This document shows, piece after piece, positions 38,682 through 47,152 of a stretch of 64,000 nucleotides of DNA (the first letter of the stretch is position 1; every line of letters starts with the position of its first letter). Under the pieces are notes generated by a model. It had not been told where the DNA came from and did no database searches. It saw only the letters and a list, made by a program, of their open reading frames with translations. The position numbers were made by a program, and so were the translations under genes. The DNA is taken from assembly GCA_903830725.1 (NCBI GenBank), contig CAIKVH010000101.1, positions 2,043 to 66,042 of the forward strand, in the 5' to 3' direction. Origin of the DNA: an uncultured Burkholderiales bacterium. Lineage in GTDB: Bacteria; Pseudomonadota; Gammaproteobacteria; Burkholderiales; Burkholderiaceae_C.

Positions 38682-39689
38682 TTAGGATATGGATATGGAT
38701 ACGGCTCGCGCCTTAAACCATTCTCTAGCATTCTCGCAGTCACGCTCAATTCCCAGCTTTAATGCCTCAAGTCCATCGTATTTGAGTTCGTCATGAAGTT
38801 TGTGAAGTAAATTAACTTGAACTACGCGCCCGTAGCCCGAGTTTTCACCCATTTCATTGGGCCAATCGAGCACGTGTGTTTCAAGTAAAACTCGTCCCCC
38901 GTTGACATCGTTGGGGTCAAGGGTTGGCCTGACACCTAAATTTGCAACACCTTTCAGCGGACAAGGTGCTAGCCCAAGCACTTCAACCACAAAGATACCT
39001 TGAGCAGCGGAGTTAGCCCTTGACTGTGCGGAGTTCAAAAACCGAACATTAAGGGTCCTGCATCCTAGCTCGCGCCCCAAGTGCCTACCGTGCACAACAT
39101 GTCCCGAGATGCTGTAGGGGCGACCCAAAAGCTGCTCGACTTGCAGAAAATCCGCTCTCCCCAGGGCTGCTCTCACCACGGAGCTAGAAACCCGAACACC
39201 GCCAACTTCGTAACTGTTCATGCGGGCGACCTCAAATCCGTGGAGGTCCCCAGATTTCATTAAAAAAGCGTAGTCCCCTGCCCTTTTAGCCCCAAATTTA
39301 AAGTCATCTCCGACCAAAACATATCTCGCCCCGAGTCCTTTGATGAGGACGGTTTGCACAAATGCTTCAGGGGTCAGGGAGGAGAGCTTATCGTTAAATG
39401 GTAAAACCACGCATTGATCGATACCGCAGGCATCCAGTTCACTTAATTTATCGCGCAGCGTTGCAATTCGTGCTGGGGCAAGGCTTGGATCCGAGCGCAT
39501 CTTAGCGAAGTAGTCCCTCGGGTGGGGCTCAAAGGTCAACACACAACTTGGAATCCCTCTGTGGCGCGCCTCATTGCGAATAAGCGCGAGCATGGCCTGA
39601 TGCCCACGGTGGACGCCGTCAAAGTTACCAATCGTCAAAGCGCATGCTTTGGCAATGCCTGGGTGATTAAAGCCTCTAAAAGTTCGCAT
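38682..39689 (-). CDS. ribF: Bifunctional riboflavin kinase/FAD synthetase
   Basis: IGNFDGVHRGHQ, VGDDFKFG, VSSSVVR, GVANLGVRPT, ETHVLD. Confidence 0.97.
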   Translation of the reverse strand: MRTFRGFNHPGIAKACALTIGNFDGVHRGHQAMLALIRNEARHRGIPSCVLTFEPHPRDYFAKMRSDPSLAPARIATLRDKLSELDACGIDQCVVLPFNDKLSSLTPEAFVQTVLIKGLGARYVLVGDDFKFGAKRAGDYAFLMKSGDLHGFEVARMNSYEVGGVRVSSSVVRAALGRADFLQVEQLLGRPYSISGHVVHGRHLGRELGCRTLNVRFLNSAQSRANSAAQGIFVVEVLGLAPCPLKGVANLGVRPTLDPNDVNGGRVLLETHVLDWPNEMGENSGYGRVVQVNLLHKLHDELKYDGLEALKLGIERDCENAREWFKARAVSISIS

Positions 39690-39808
39690 GGATTGGTAAC
39701 GAAAAGGATGGAAAACCTAGAATTGTCATAAAAACAAGGTATATTGTCTCAGGTTAGTCATTCAGAAAACTGCTTCGTTGTTATTGTTCAATAATTGGAG
39801 GTGTTGAC

Positions 39809-40366
39809 TTGAAAGTCTTAAAGCTGTCTGCCCAGGGGTTGCCGCAATCTTGGATTTCCCTTGAACAAGCTGTTATTCATTACGCAGCTGAGGAGGTTCG
39901 TTGGGAGGCAGGCGCTCAAGTCGCCGTGTTCAGGGGCGGACACAACGCCATAACGGGCATCCAATCGACTATAGTAGTCAACAGCATTATTGGTACAAAG
40001 GGGGTTCCTAAGATCAACCCTTTTGAGCTCAAACCAGGACTCACCAACAGCAAACTCTTTGCTAGAGACCAAAATCTATGTGCTTACTGCGGTGACCAGT
40101 TTCACGAAACCGAGTTGACCCGCGAGCACATCATTCCATTTGGACAGCAAGGCTCGGACCATTGGATGAATGTGGTGACAGCTTGCAAATCTTGCAACCA
40201 CAGGAAAGGCAACCGCACACCAGAGCAGGCCAGGATGCCCCTGCTTTATGCGCCCTACAGTCCAAGTTTGTGGGAGGACTTTATCCTGCGCAACAGAAGG
40301 ATCTTGTCGGACCAAATGGATTTCTTAACTGCGCACTTACCCAGAACATCTCGCTTCTTTATTTAA
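39809..40366 (+). CDS. HNH endonuclease (McrA-like)
   Basis: RDQNLCAYCG...TREHIIP...NVVTACKSCNHRKGNRTP; TTG start. Confidence 0.9.
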   Translation: MKVLKLSAQGLPQSWISLEQAVIHYAAEEVRWEAGAQVAVFRGGHNAITGIQSTIVVNSIIGTKGVPKINPFELKPGLTNSKLFARDQNLCAYCGDQFHETELTREHIIPFGQQGSDHWMNVVTACKSCNHRKGNRTPEQARMPLLYAPYSPSLWEDFILRNRRILSDQMDFLTAHLPRTSRFFI

Positions 40367-40398
40367 AGAATGGCCCTTTGATATCTTGCGCGACGTGA

Positions 40399-41001
40399 CT
40401 ACTGTACATTCTCTAGCCCAAGCAACCTCTCAATCGCTTTGGGATAAATAATATGTTCTTGGCTTAGCACTCTTGCGGCAAGCGTTTGCGCGGTATCGCC
40501 CGCTAGCACGGGCACTATTGCTTGATCAAGGATTGGGCCGTGGTCCAACTCTGCTGTTACGCGGTGCACGGTTACGCCTGCAAATTTACAACCCATCTCA
40601 ATTGCCCGCGCGTGCGTGTGTAACCCTGTAAATGCGGGCAATAAAGAGGGATGGATGTTAATGAGTCGTCCCGCGTAATGCTCTACAAAGTGGGGAGTCA
40701 GAATTCTCATAAAGCCGGCCAATACGACTAAATAGGGAGTGTGTTGATCAATAACTTTGATCAACTCTTGGTCAAAGGCTAGCCTCGGATTTTCTTCTGA
40801 TTTGTAGTTTGTATGTGCAACTACACAGGTGTCAACGCCAAAGTCTTTTGCGATCTGGAGTCCTTTCGCGTCCTCGGTGTTGCTGATAACGCAGGTAACT
40901 TCTGCGTTAAATCTTTCACACCATCCTCGCTCCTTGGAGGATTTCAAAATAGCCTGCATGTTGGAGCCACCGCCGGAGATCAGAATTACAATTTTTTTCA
41001 T
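40399..41001 (-). CDS. purN: Phosphoribosylglycinamide formyltransferase
   Basis: ILISGGGSNMQAI, VVLAGFMRIL, INIHPSLLP, VTAELDHGPI, EHIIYP. Confidence 0.97.
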   Translation of the reverse strand: MKKIVILISGGGSNMQAILKSSKERGWCERFNAEVTCVISNTEDAKGLQIAKDFGVDTCVVAHTNYKSEENPRLAFDQELIKVIDQHTPYLVVLAGFMRILTPHFVEHYAGRLINIHPSLLPAFTGLHTHARAIEMGCKFAGVTVHRVTAELDHGPILDQAIVPVLAGDTAQTLAARVLSQEHIIYPKAIERLLGLENVQ

Positions 41002-41028
41002 TTAAAAATTTCGGGGCTCCGTATTCGG

Positions 41029-41214
41029 TTATTGATCAATTGGTAAATCTTTGATTAACTGCTGGTTGCGCCCAAACCCAACTAAGCGAGCGCTTAGGCA
41101 ACTAGGGCAGGTAGTTGGATTGACGACTGAATTCGCATAGATGTGGTAATCGTGTTCGTCATCTTCAACGCGTTCAACATTGAGCCGCGAAAGATTCAAG
41201 ATATTGGTAGGCAT
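41029..41214 (-). pseudogene. Truncated ISL3 transposase (N-terminal zinc-ribbon only)
   Basis: MPTNILNL...CPSC...GFGRNQQLIKDLPI is a zf-ISL3-type N-terminus; the frame runs into the TIR and stops after 61 codons. Confidence 0.85.
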
Positions 41215-41265
41215 GTCTAGACGACTAATGCCTCTACTTTTCTAATTGCAGCAGGTATCGGCTTT

Positions 41266-41520
41266 TCAACGCAATACCCATTCACCTTGGGACTTAATCG
41301 CTTGGTACATGGCATCAGGCGCTAGATCTAAGTCTCCAGGCCACGTAACAGCACCACCATCGACGTGCGCTTGCTGAAAAACAATGGGGTCTTTTAAGGC
41401 TGCAAATACGCCTGTCAAGTGACTTGCTTCAAACTGAACCTTACCCTCGGTGCCGTCTGCAAATTGGACTCCTAGGGCCAATGGCGCAACAGCTTTAACT
41501 TCTATAACGTCCCATTTCAT
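41266..41520 (-). CDS. DUF2442-like protein (predicted antitoxin partner)
   Basis: VIEVKAV...LGVQFADG...F.ALKDP.VF......GAVTWPGDLDLAPDAMY pattern; SD GAGGT 5 nt before ATG 41520. Confidence 0.85.
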   Translation of the reverse strand: MKWDVIEVKAVAPLALGVQFADGTEGKVQFEASHLTGVFAALKDPIVFQQAHVDGGAVTWPGDLDLAPDAMYQAIKSQGEWVLR

Positions 41521-41528
41521 ATTCGACC

Positions 41529-41796
41529 TCACTTTAAAGGAGCAATCGGTTTAGGCTGCTGTTTTTCCATGCACAGTCGCCAGTCTTCAAGCAGCTCTTG
41601 TTGATGCAATTCAGCCCAATCGAGAACAAGTTCTTGCGCTCGACGAGGAAGCTCGCCACTTGAGATAGAGAGCAATTGGATATCAACCGTGGCCTTGTAT
41701 TCTGTATTCTGCATACTGCACATGAAAGTGCGCAGGGGCATGATCGTTGAAGTACATCCGAATCAGGATGCCATAAAAAGTGCTGATGGTTGGCAT
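41529..41796 (-). pseudogene. DUF4160-like protein, frameshifted by a 7-bp duplication
   Basis: ATG 41796 gives MPTISTFYGILIRMYFNDHAPAHFHVQYAEY. The remainder, KATVDIQ...GELPRRAQELVLDWAELHQQELLEDW, is in another frame. GTATTCT is duplicated at 41697-41710; removing one copy restores an 86-aa ORF. Confidence 0.88.
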
Positions 41797-41948
41797 AAAT
41801 AAACAGTGAATTACGAAGTCATGTTACTCAAACTGGCGCCGACTGTCAACAACGAAATGCATTTTATGGATAGCAAAGCAGGCAATGCAAAAGTGCCTCA
41901 ATCAACAACCGAATACGGATACCCAAAATTTCTTTATAACCGCAAGCA

Positions 41949-41991
41949 AAAGACAACTCAAACACAACTCAAACACAACTCAAAGACACTC
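41949..41991. repeat. 11-bp tandem repeat, about 4 copies (AAA[G/C]ACAACTC)
   Basis: Read directly, just outside the IS end. Confidence 0.85.
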
Positions 41992-42306
41992 CAAATACAT
42001 GCCAAAGAACGGATCCTGAACAATGCAAACGTGTAGGTCTCGCTACGACTTACAACCCCTTACAATGGGGAGTGCAGGATCATTGTTGTCTAAAGTTTAA
42101 TGAGCTCGCAGAAGCTTAGGTAGATGACTACTGCGCACTTCTCGCTTAAGCCCAGGGGCAGGGCTTCATTTTCTAATCAAAGATACAGATTAATTTTAGC
42201 CCGCAAGTGCCTCAAAATAATCTAGCGGTCCAAAAATGGTTTCACCCATATTTTTTGAAACATCTGTCAAATTAATCCTATTTACACGTTCACCTAAATA
42301 TCTCTT

Positions 42307-43731
42307 ATGCATCCTAAAGCCCTCCTCTCTGCTAGCGCTGACTTAGTTCGCGAGATTCTTCGTTTCGAGCATCCTGCGGACTCTGTTTTATCAAAATACT
42401 TTAAAGACCACAGGAAAGACCACTCATTTGGTCATCGCGAGCGCGGCGTATTGGCGGACACAGCATACAACGTGCTTCGGTTTAAACAGTTGTACGAACA
42501 CTTTGCGCCATGGGGAAGTGGCTCCAAGGAGCGAAGACTGGCAATTCTTGGGTTTGCGCAGCATTTAAAAGATGCTGAGAAACACGCCGCAAACACGGGC
42601 ATCGCTCAAAATAAAGCGACTCCCTCTGGGAAATCCAACCCCAAGACTTTTACAAAAGGGTCAACCAATAATATGGGTAAACCGCGCAACCCAGACGACT
42701 TTGATCACTCAACGCTTGGGTTCCTTCGATCTGCTTTAACCCCCGATGAGGTGCAGTGGCTTGAGCAGTGCGAGGCCGTTAAAACCGAGGACCTTCTAGA
42801 GCGCCACCGGCACAACCTTCCCGAGTGGTTATCTCATTCCTTGAAGGAGCAACTCGGGGATTCGTTTTGGCAAGTGGTTGAGAAACTTAACACCACAGCG
42901 CCCCTGGATCTGCGTGTGAACACCTATCAAACCAAACGCGAGGACGTTTTAAAGTCTCTCCAAGCATTGGGAATAAAAGGAGTCGCTACGCCGTACTCGC
43001 CCTGGGGTATCCGGTTGGCTGACAAACCGTCTTTAACCAAGCTTGAACTGTTCACGAGTGGCGCCATTGAAGTCCAAGATGAAGGCTCTCAGTTGTTGGC
43101 CCTTTTGTTGGATGCCAAACGCTCTGAGATGGTTGCTGACTTTTGTGCAGGCGCGGGGGGCAAGACCCTTGCCATCGGCGCGTCAATGAGAAATACCGGT
43201 CGCCTTTATGCTTTTGACACCTCCGCTCACCGCCTTGACGCTTTAAAACCCAGACTCGCCAGAAGCGGCCTATCCAATGTGCACCCTGTGGCCATTGCAC
43301 ATGAGCGCGACGAACGCATTAAACGCCTCAGGGGCAAGATGGACCGTGTTTTGGTGGACGCGCCGTGCTCGGGTCTTGGAACCCTCAGAAGAAATCCAGA
43401 CCTGAAGTGGCGCCAAAACCCCAAAAGTATTGAGGAGCTTTGCACCATTCAAAGCAATATTTTGAGAAGTGCGGCAAGGCTTCTTAAGCCCGGGGGACGC
43501 TTGGTGTACGCCACTTGTAGTTTGCTCAGAGAAGAAAACGAGGCTGTTGCTGAGGCTTTTTCTGAAGAATTCAAGGACTTCTTTGTACCTTTAAAGGTCT
43601 CAAAGGTCCTGGAAGAGCTAAAAATAGCTCATTTTGAGGCCCTATGTACGCCTTCCGGTGAGTACTTACGTCTGTGGCCCCATGTTCACGAAACAGACGG
43701 ATTCTTTGCTTGTATTTGGCAAGCAAAGTAG
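42307..43731 (+). CDS. RsmB/NOL1/NOP2/Sun-family RNA m5C methyltransferase
   Basis: EVQDEGSQ, DFCAGAGGKT, VLVDAPCSGLGTLRRNPD, LVYATCS, TDGFF. Confidence 0.95.
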   Translation: MHPKALLSASADLVREILRFEHPADSVLSKYFKDHRKDHSFGHRERGVLADTAYNVLRFKQLYEHFAPWGSGSKERRLAILGFAQHLKDAEKHAANTGIAQNKATPSGKSNPKTFTKGSTNNMGKPRNPDDFDHSTLGFLRSALTPDEVQWLEQCEAVKTEDLLERHRHNLPEWLSHSLKEQLGDSFWQVVEKLNTTAPLDLRVNTYQTKREDVLKSLQALGIKGVATPYSPWGIRLADKPSLTKLELFTSGAIEVQDEGSQLLALLLDAKRSEMVADFCAGAGGKTLAIGASMRNTGRLYAFDTSAHRLDALKPRLARSGLSNVHPVAIAHERDERIKRLRGKMDRVLVDAPCSGLGTLRRNPDLKWRQNPKSIEELCTIQSNILRSAARLLKPGGRLVYATCSLLREENEAVAEAFSEEFKDFFVPLKVSKVLEELKIAHFEALCTPSGEYLRLWPHVHETDGFFACIWQAK

Positions 43732-43742
43732 AATAGTGGGGT

Positions 43743-44975
43743 TTGGGACCAAGGGGTCCTCTATTTAAAGGTTTTTCCTTGAACACATTAAATTCAATTT
43801 TGGTTTGGTTGGCATACGGCATCATTGATTTGAGCGCCTGGCAAGTTGTTGTACTGACGCTGGTCATGACGCATGTCACGATCGCCTCTGTTACCATTTA
43901 TTTACACCGCCACCAAGCGCATCGCTCTTTGGATTTGCACCCCGCAGTGGCGCATTTCTTCAGGCTTTGGCTTTGGTTGTCTACTGGGATGCAAACCAAA
44001 GAGTGGGCAGCCATTCACAGGAAACATCACGCTAAGTGCGAGACTGCTGAAGATCCGCATAGTCCACAAGTCAAAGGCATTAAGACTGTCTTTTGGAGAG
44101 GTGCAGAGCTGTACCGTTTAGAGTCTAAGAACAACGAGACCATGCAAAAGTATGGTCACGGCACACCGGATGACTGGCTTGAGCATAACGTTTACACACG
44201 TTTTCCTTGGCAAGGCGTGGCGGTCATGTTGATCATTAACCTAACCCTCTTTGGAGCCGTTGGGCTCAGTATCTGGGCTGTTCAAATGTTGTGGATTCCG
44301 GTTACTGCTGCCGGAGTTATCAACGGCATTGGTCACTACTGGGGTTACAGGAACTTTGAAGCGGTGGACGCCAGTACAAACATCTCTCCATGGGGTATTT
44401 TGATTGGTGGTGAGGAGTTGCACAACAACCATCACACCTACCCAACATCTGCAAAGCTCTCTGTTAAGCCTTATGAATTCGATATTGGATGGCTCTATAT
44501 CCGGGTTCTTGAGACATTCAAGCTTGCAACGGTCAAGAAAACCCCACCCAAGCTTGCCTTTGGTGAGGTTCGCCCTGTGGCTGATGAGAAGACGCTTGAA
44601 GCGCTCATCATGAACCGCTACGAAGTGATGGCTGGATTTGCCAAGCAGCTAAGGAGCGCACTTGAGGTTGAGATTTCAAACCTAAACCTCTCCCCCTCTC
44701 CCAGCGTTTTGAGCGCCGCTAAGCGTTGGATGCATAGAGATTTGGAGAAGGTCCCAAGTTCTGCAGTTCCTCAATTGGCCCAGGCTCGCGCGATTTTGCC
44801 AACAGTAGACAAAATGATTTGTATGCGTGAGGAGCTTCGTCAAATATGGCTAAGCACCAACCGTTCACGCGAGCAACTGGCTATGGATCTACAGACTTGG
44901 TGCCGTAACGCTGAGTCAAGTGGAATTCAAGCTTTAAAAGAATTCTCCGTAACTTTGAGAGCAGTTCGGGTATAA
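43743..44975 (+). CDS. desA: DesA-family acyl-CoA/fatty acid desaturase
   Basis: His boxes HRHQAH, HRKHH, HNNHH; DPHSP; probable start TTG 43779. Confidence 0.93.
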   Translation: MGPRGPLFKGFSLNTLNSILVWLAYGIIDLSAWQVVVLTLVMTHVTIASVTIYLHRHQAHRSLDLHPAVAHFFRLWLWLSTGMQTKEWAAIHRKHHAKCETAEDPHSPQVKGIKTVFWRGAELYRLESKNNETMQKYGHGTPDDWLEHNVYTRFPWQGVAVMLIINLTLFGAVGLSIWAVQMLWIPVTAAGVINGIGHYWGYRNFEAVDASTNISPWGILIGGEELHNNHHTYPTSAKLSVKPYEFDIGWLYIRVLETFKLATVKKTPPKLAFGEVRPVADEKTLEALIMNRYEVMAGFAKQLRSALEVEISNLNLSPSPSVLSAAKRWMHRDLEKVPSSAVPQLAQARAILPTVDKMICMREELRQIWLSTNRSREQLAMDLQTWCRNAESSGIQALKEFSVTLRAVRV

Positions 44976-45071
44976 ATATATTTGGGTATCCCTTTGATGG
45001 CCTAGCAGGTTGGTGGGCAAAATCGAATTTGATACGCCAAGAACATTCAAACGAATTGCTTTCCGTGTATT

Positions 45072-45260
45072 TTGGTCGAGTCAAGAAGCTCATGCCGGGA
45101 CTACAAAAGAGAAGCAAAAGGCAATCATAGAAAGACTTTATCTAGCGACCTCGAAGCTGTTCTCAAATTATTAATTGCTGACGAAAAGCCACCTGCAAAA
45201 TACTTCGACCCGAGGAGACGACTGGTTTAACGATTAGCAGAAAATATTCGCACTCAAAAG
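45072..45260 (+). pseudogene. Decayed YafQ-like (RelE family) toxin remnant
   Basis: Translation ...RDYKREAKGNHRKTLSSDLEAVLKLLIADEKPPAKYFD matches the YafQ N-terminal pattern. No start codon, premature stop at 45230, and out-of-frame traces of the C-terminal RLA...SHS motif. Confidence 0.65.
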
Positions 45261-45262
45261 AA

Positions 45263-45284
45263 AAGGCTCGCCGAAGCGAGCCTT
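45263..45284 (-). terminator. Rho-independent terminator of rpmB-rpmG
   Basis: Stem AAGGCTCGC-CGAA-GCGAGCCTT followed on the minus strand by TTTTCTTTT. Confidence 0.85.
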
Positions 45285-45311
45285 AAGGTAGAGTACAACT
45301 AAAAGTAAGAT

Positions 45312-45482
45312 TTACTTCAGCTTGGTCTCTTTGTATTCAACGTGCTTACGAGCTTTAGGATCAAATTTCATGATCGTCATTTTCTCGGGCATTGTTTTCT
45401 TGTTTTTGCTTGTGGTGTAGAAATGTCCTGTACCAGCAGTTGATTCAAGCTTGATTTTTTCGCGTGAGCCTTTTGAAGCCAT
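45312..45482 (-). CDS. rpmG: 50S ribosomal protein L33 (Zn-free type)
   Basis: Hand translation [56 protein letters not shown] (56 aa, below the track cutoff). Confidence 0.97.
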   Translation of the reverse strand: MASKGSREKIKLESTAGTGHFYTTSKNKKTMPEKMTIMKFDPKARKHVEYKETKLK

Positions 45483-45515
45483 TTTGAAATCCTATCTATT
45501 AAATGGTTGAACGAA

Positions 45516-45749
45516 TTAAGCTTGACCGCGAGCGCGCAGATCAGCCAACACAGACTCGATGCCGTTTTTGTCAATCAAACGCAGGGCTGCACTTGAAACA
45601 CGCAAACGAACCCAACGGTTCTCGCTTTCAACCCAAAAACGACGGTACTGCAGGTTAGGCATGAAACGACGCTTGGTTTTGTTATTGGCATGGGAAACAT
45701 TGTTTCCTACCATAGGGCCTTTGCCCGTTACTTGACATACACGTGCCAT
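45516..45749 (-). CDS. rpmB: 50S ribosomal protein L28
   Basis: [34 protein letters not shown]. Confidence 0.98.
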   Translation of the reverse strand: MARVCQVTGKGPMVGNNVSHANNKTKRRFMPNLQYRRFWVESENRWVRLRVSSAALRLIDKNGIESVLADLRARGQA

Positions 45750-45993
45750 TTGGACACTCCTATCGATATTCACGGTCTAAAGCGCCCTTTTGACAGTCAC
45801 TTTAAACCTCACCTCGCCAAATAAGGGGGCGGTATCCCTTGGCAGATTAAGAATTGAGATAAATCTCAAAAGTCTCAAAAAGCCTAAAACGAGCGTTTTT
45901 CTTCAAATTCCGTCCAAATTGCCTGGATTAGGTTTTATTTCAGGAAAGCCTTAAATTATAACGCTTTTTAGGCAAATTTAGCCAAAAACAGCA

Positions 45994-47013
<1,020 letters not shown>

Positions 47014-47152
47014 TCATGGCCTCAAGGGTGTTATTGTAAGAAATCGCGGAGTGGGTCACAAAAGCAACCCCTATAAAACCACATTCAAAGTAATTTCTAA
47101 TATTTTGATCTATTAAAGCACACAGACACAAAGCATAGCCTATTCTTTTTTT

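Larger units (their letters stand above)
41013..41924 (-). mobile_element. Non-autonomous ISL3-family element (912 bp) with passenger TA-like genes
   Basis: 24-bp terminal inverted repeats GGGGCTCCGTATTCGGTTATTGAT (41013-41036) and, on the minus strand, GGGTATCCGTATTCGGTTGTTGAT (41901-41924), 21/24 identical. Perfect 8-bp flanking direct repeat AAAATTTC (41005-41012 and 41925-41932). Internal ISL3 transposase 5' fragment. Confidence 0.92.

Noticed and set aside
39809-40366. HNH nuclease as a homing or mobile element
   Set aside because: It has no intron, intein or flanking repeats and resembles the standalone HNH commonly found beside ribF in this group.
41529-41741. 70-aa ORF starting MPLRTFMC as a standalone gene
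   Set aside because: It is the out-of-frame 3' half of the frameshifted DUF4160-like gene that starts at 41796.
41806-42036. 76-aa ORF from the track
   Set aside because: It crosses the IS end, the target duplication and a tandem repeat, and has no protein-like signature; most likely spurious.
42156-42164. GGGCAGGG KOPS-like octamer
   Set aside because: A single occurrence is expected by chance; a genome-wide skew analysis is needed.
41933-42306. Purine/ZTP riboswitch upstream of purN
   Set aside because: I could not find the conserved consensus segments; an Rfam search would settle it.
44560-44975. Helical C-terminal tail of DesA as a transposase remnant near the ISL3 element
   Set aside because: It is in frame with an intact desaturase, this tail is a normal part of proteobacterial DesA proteins, and no TIR or TSD flanks it.
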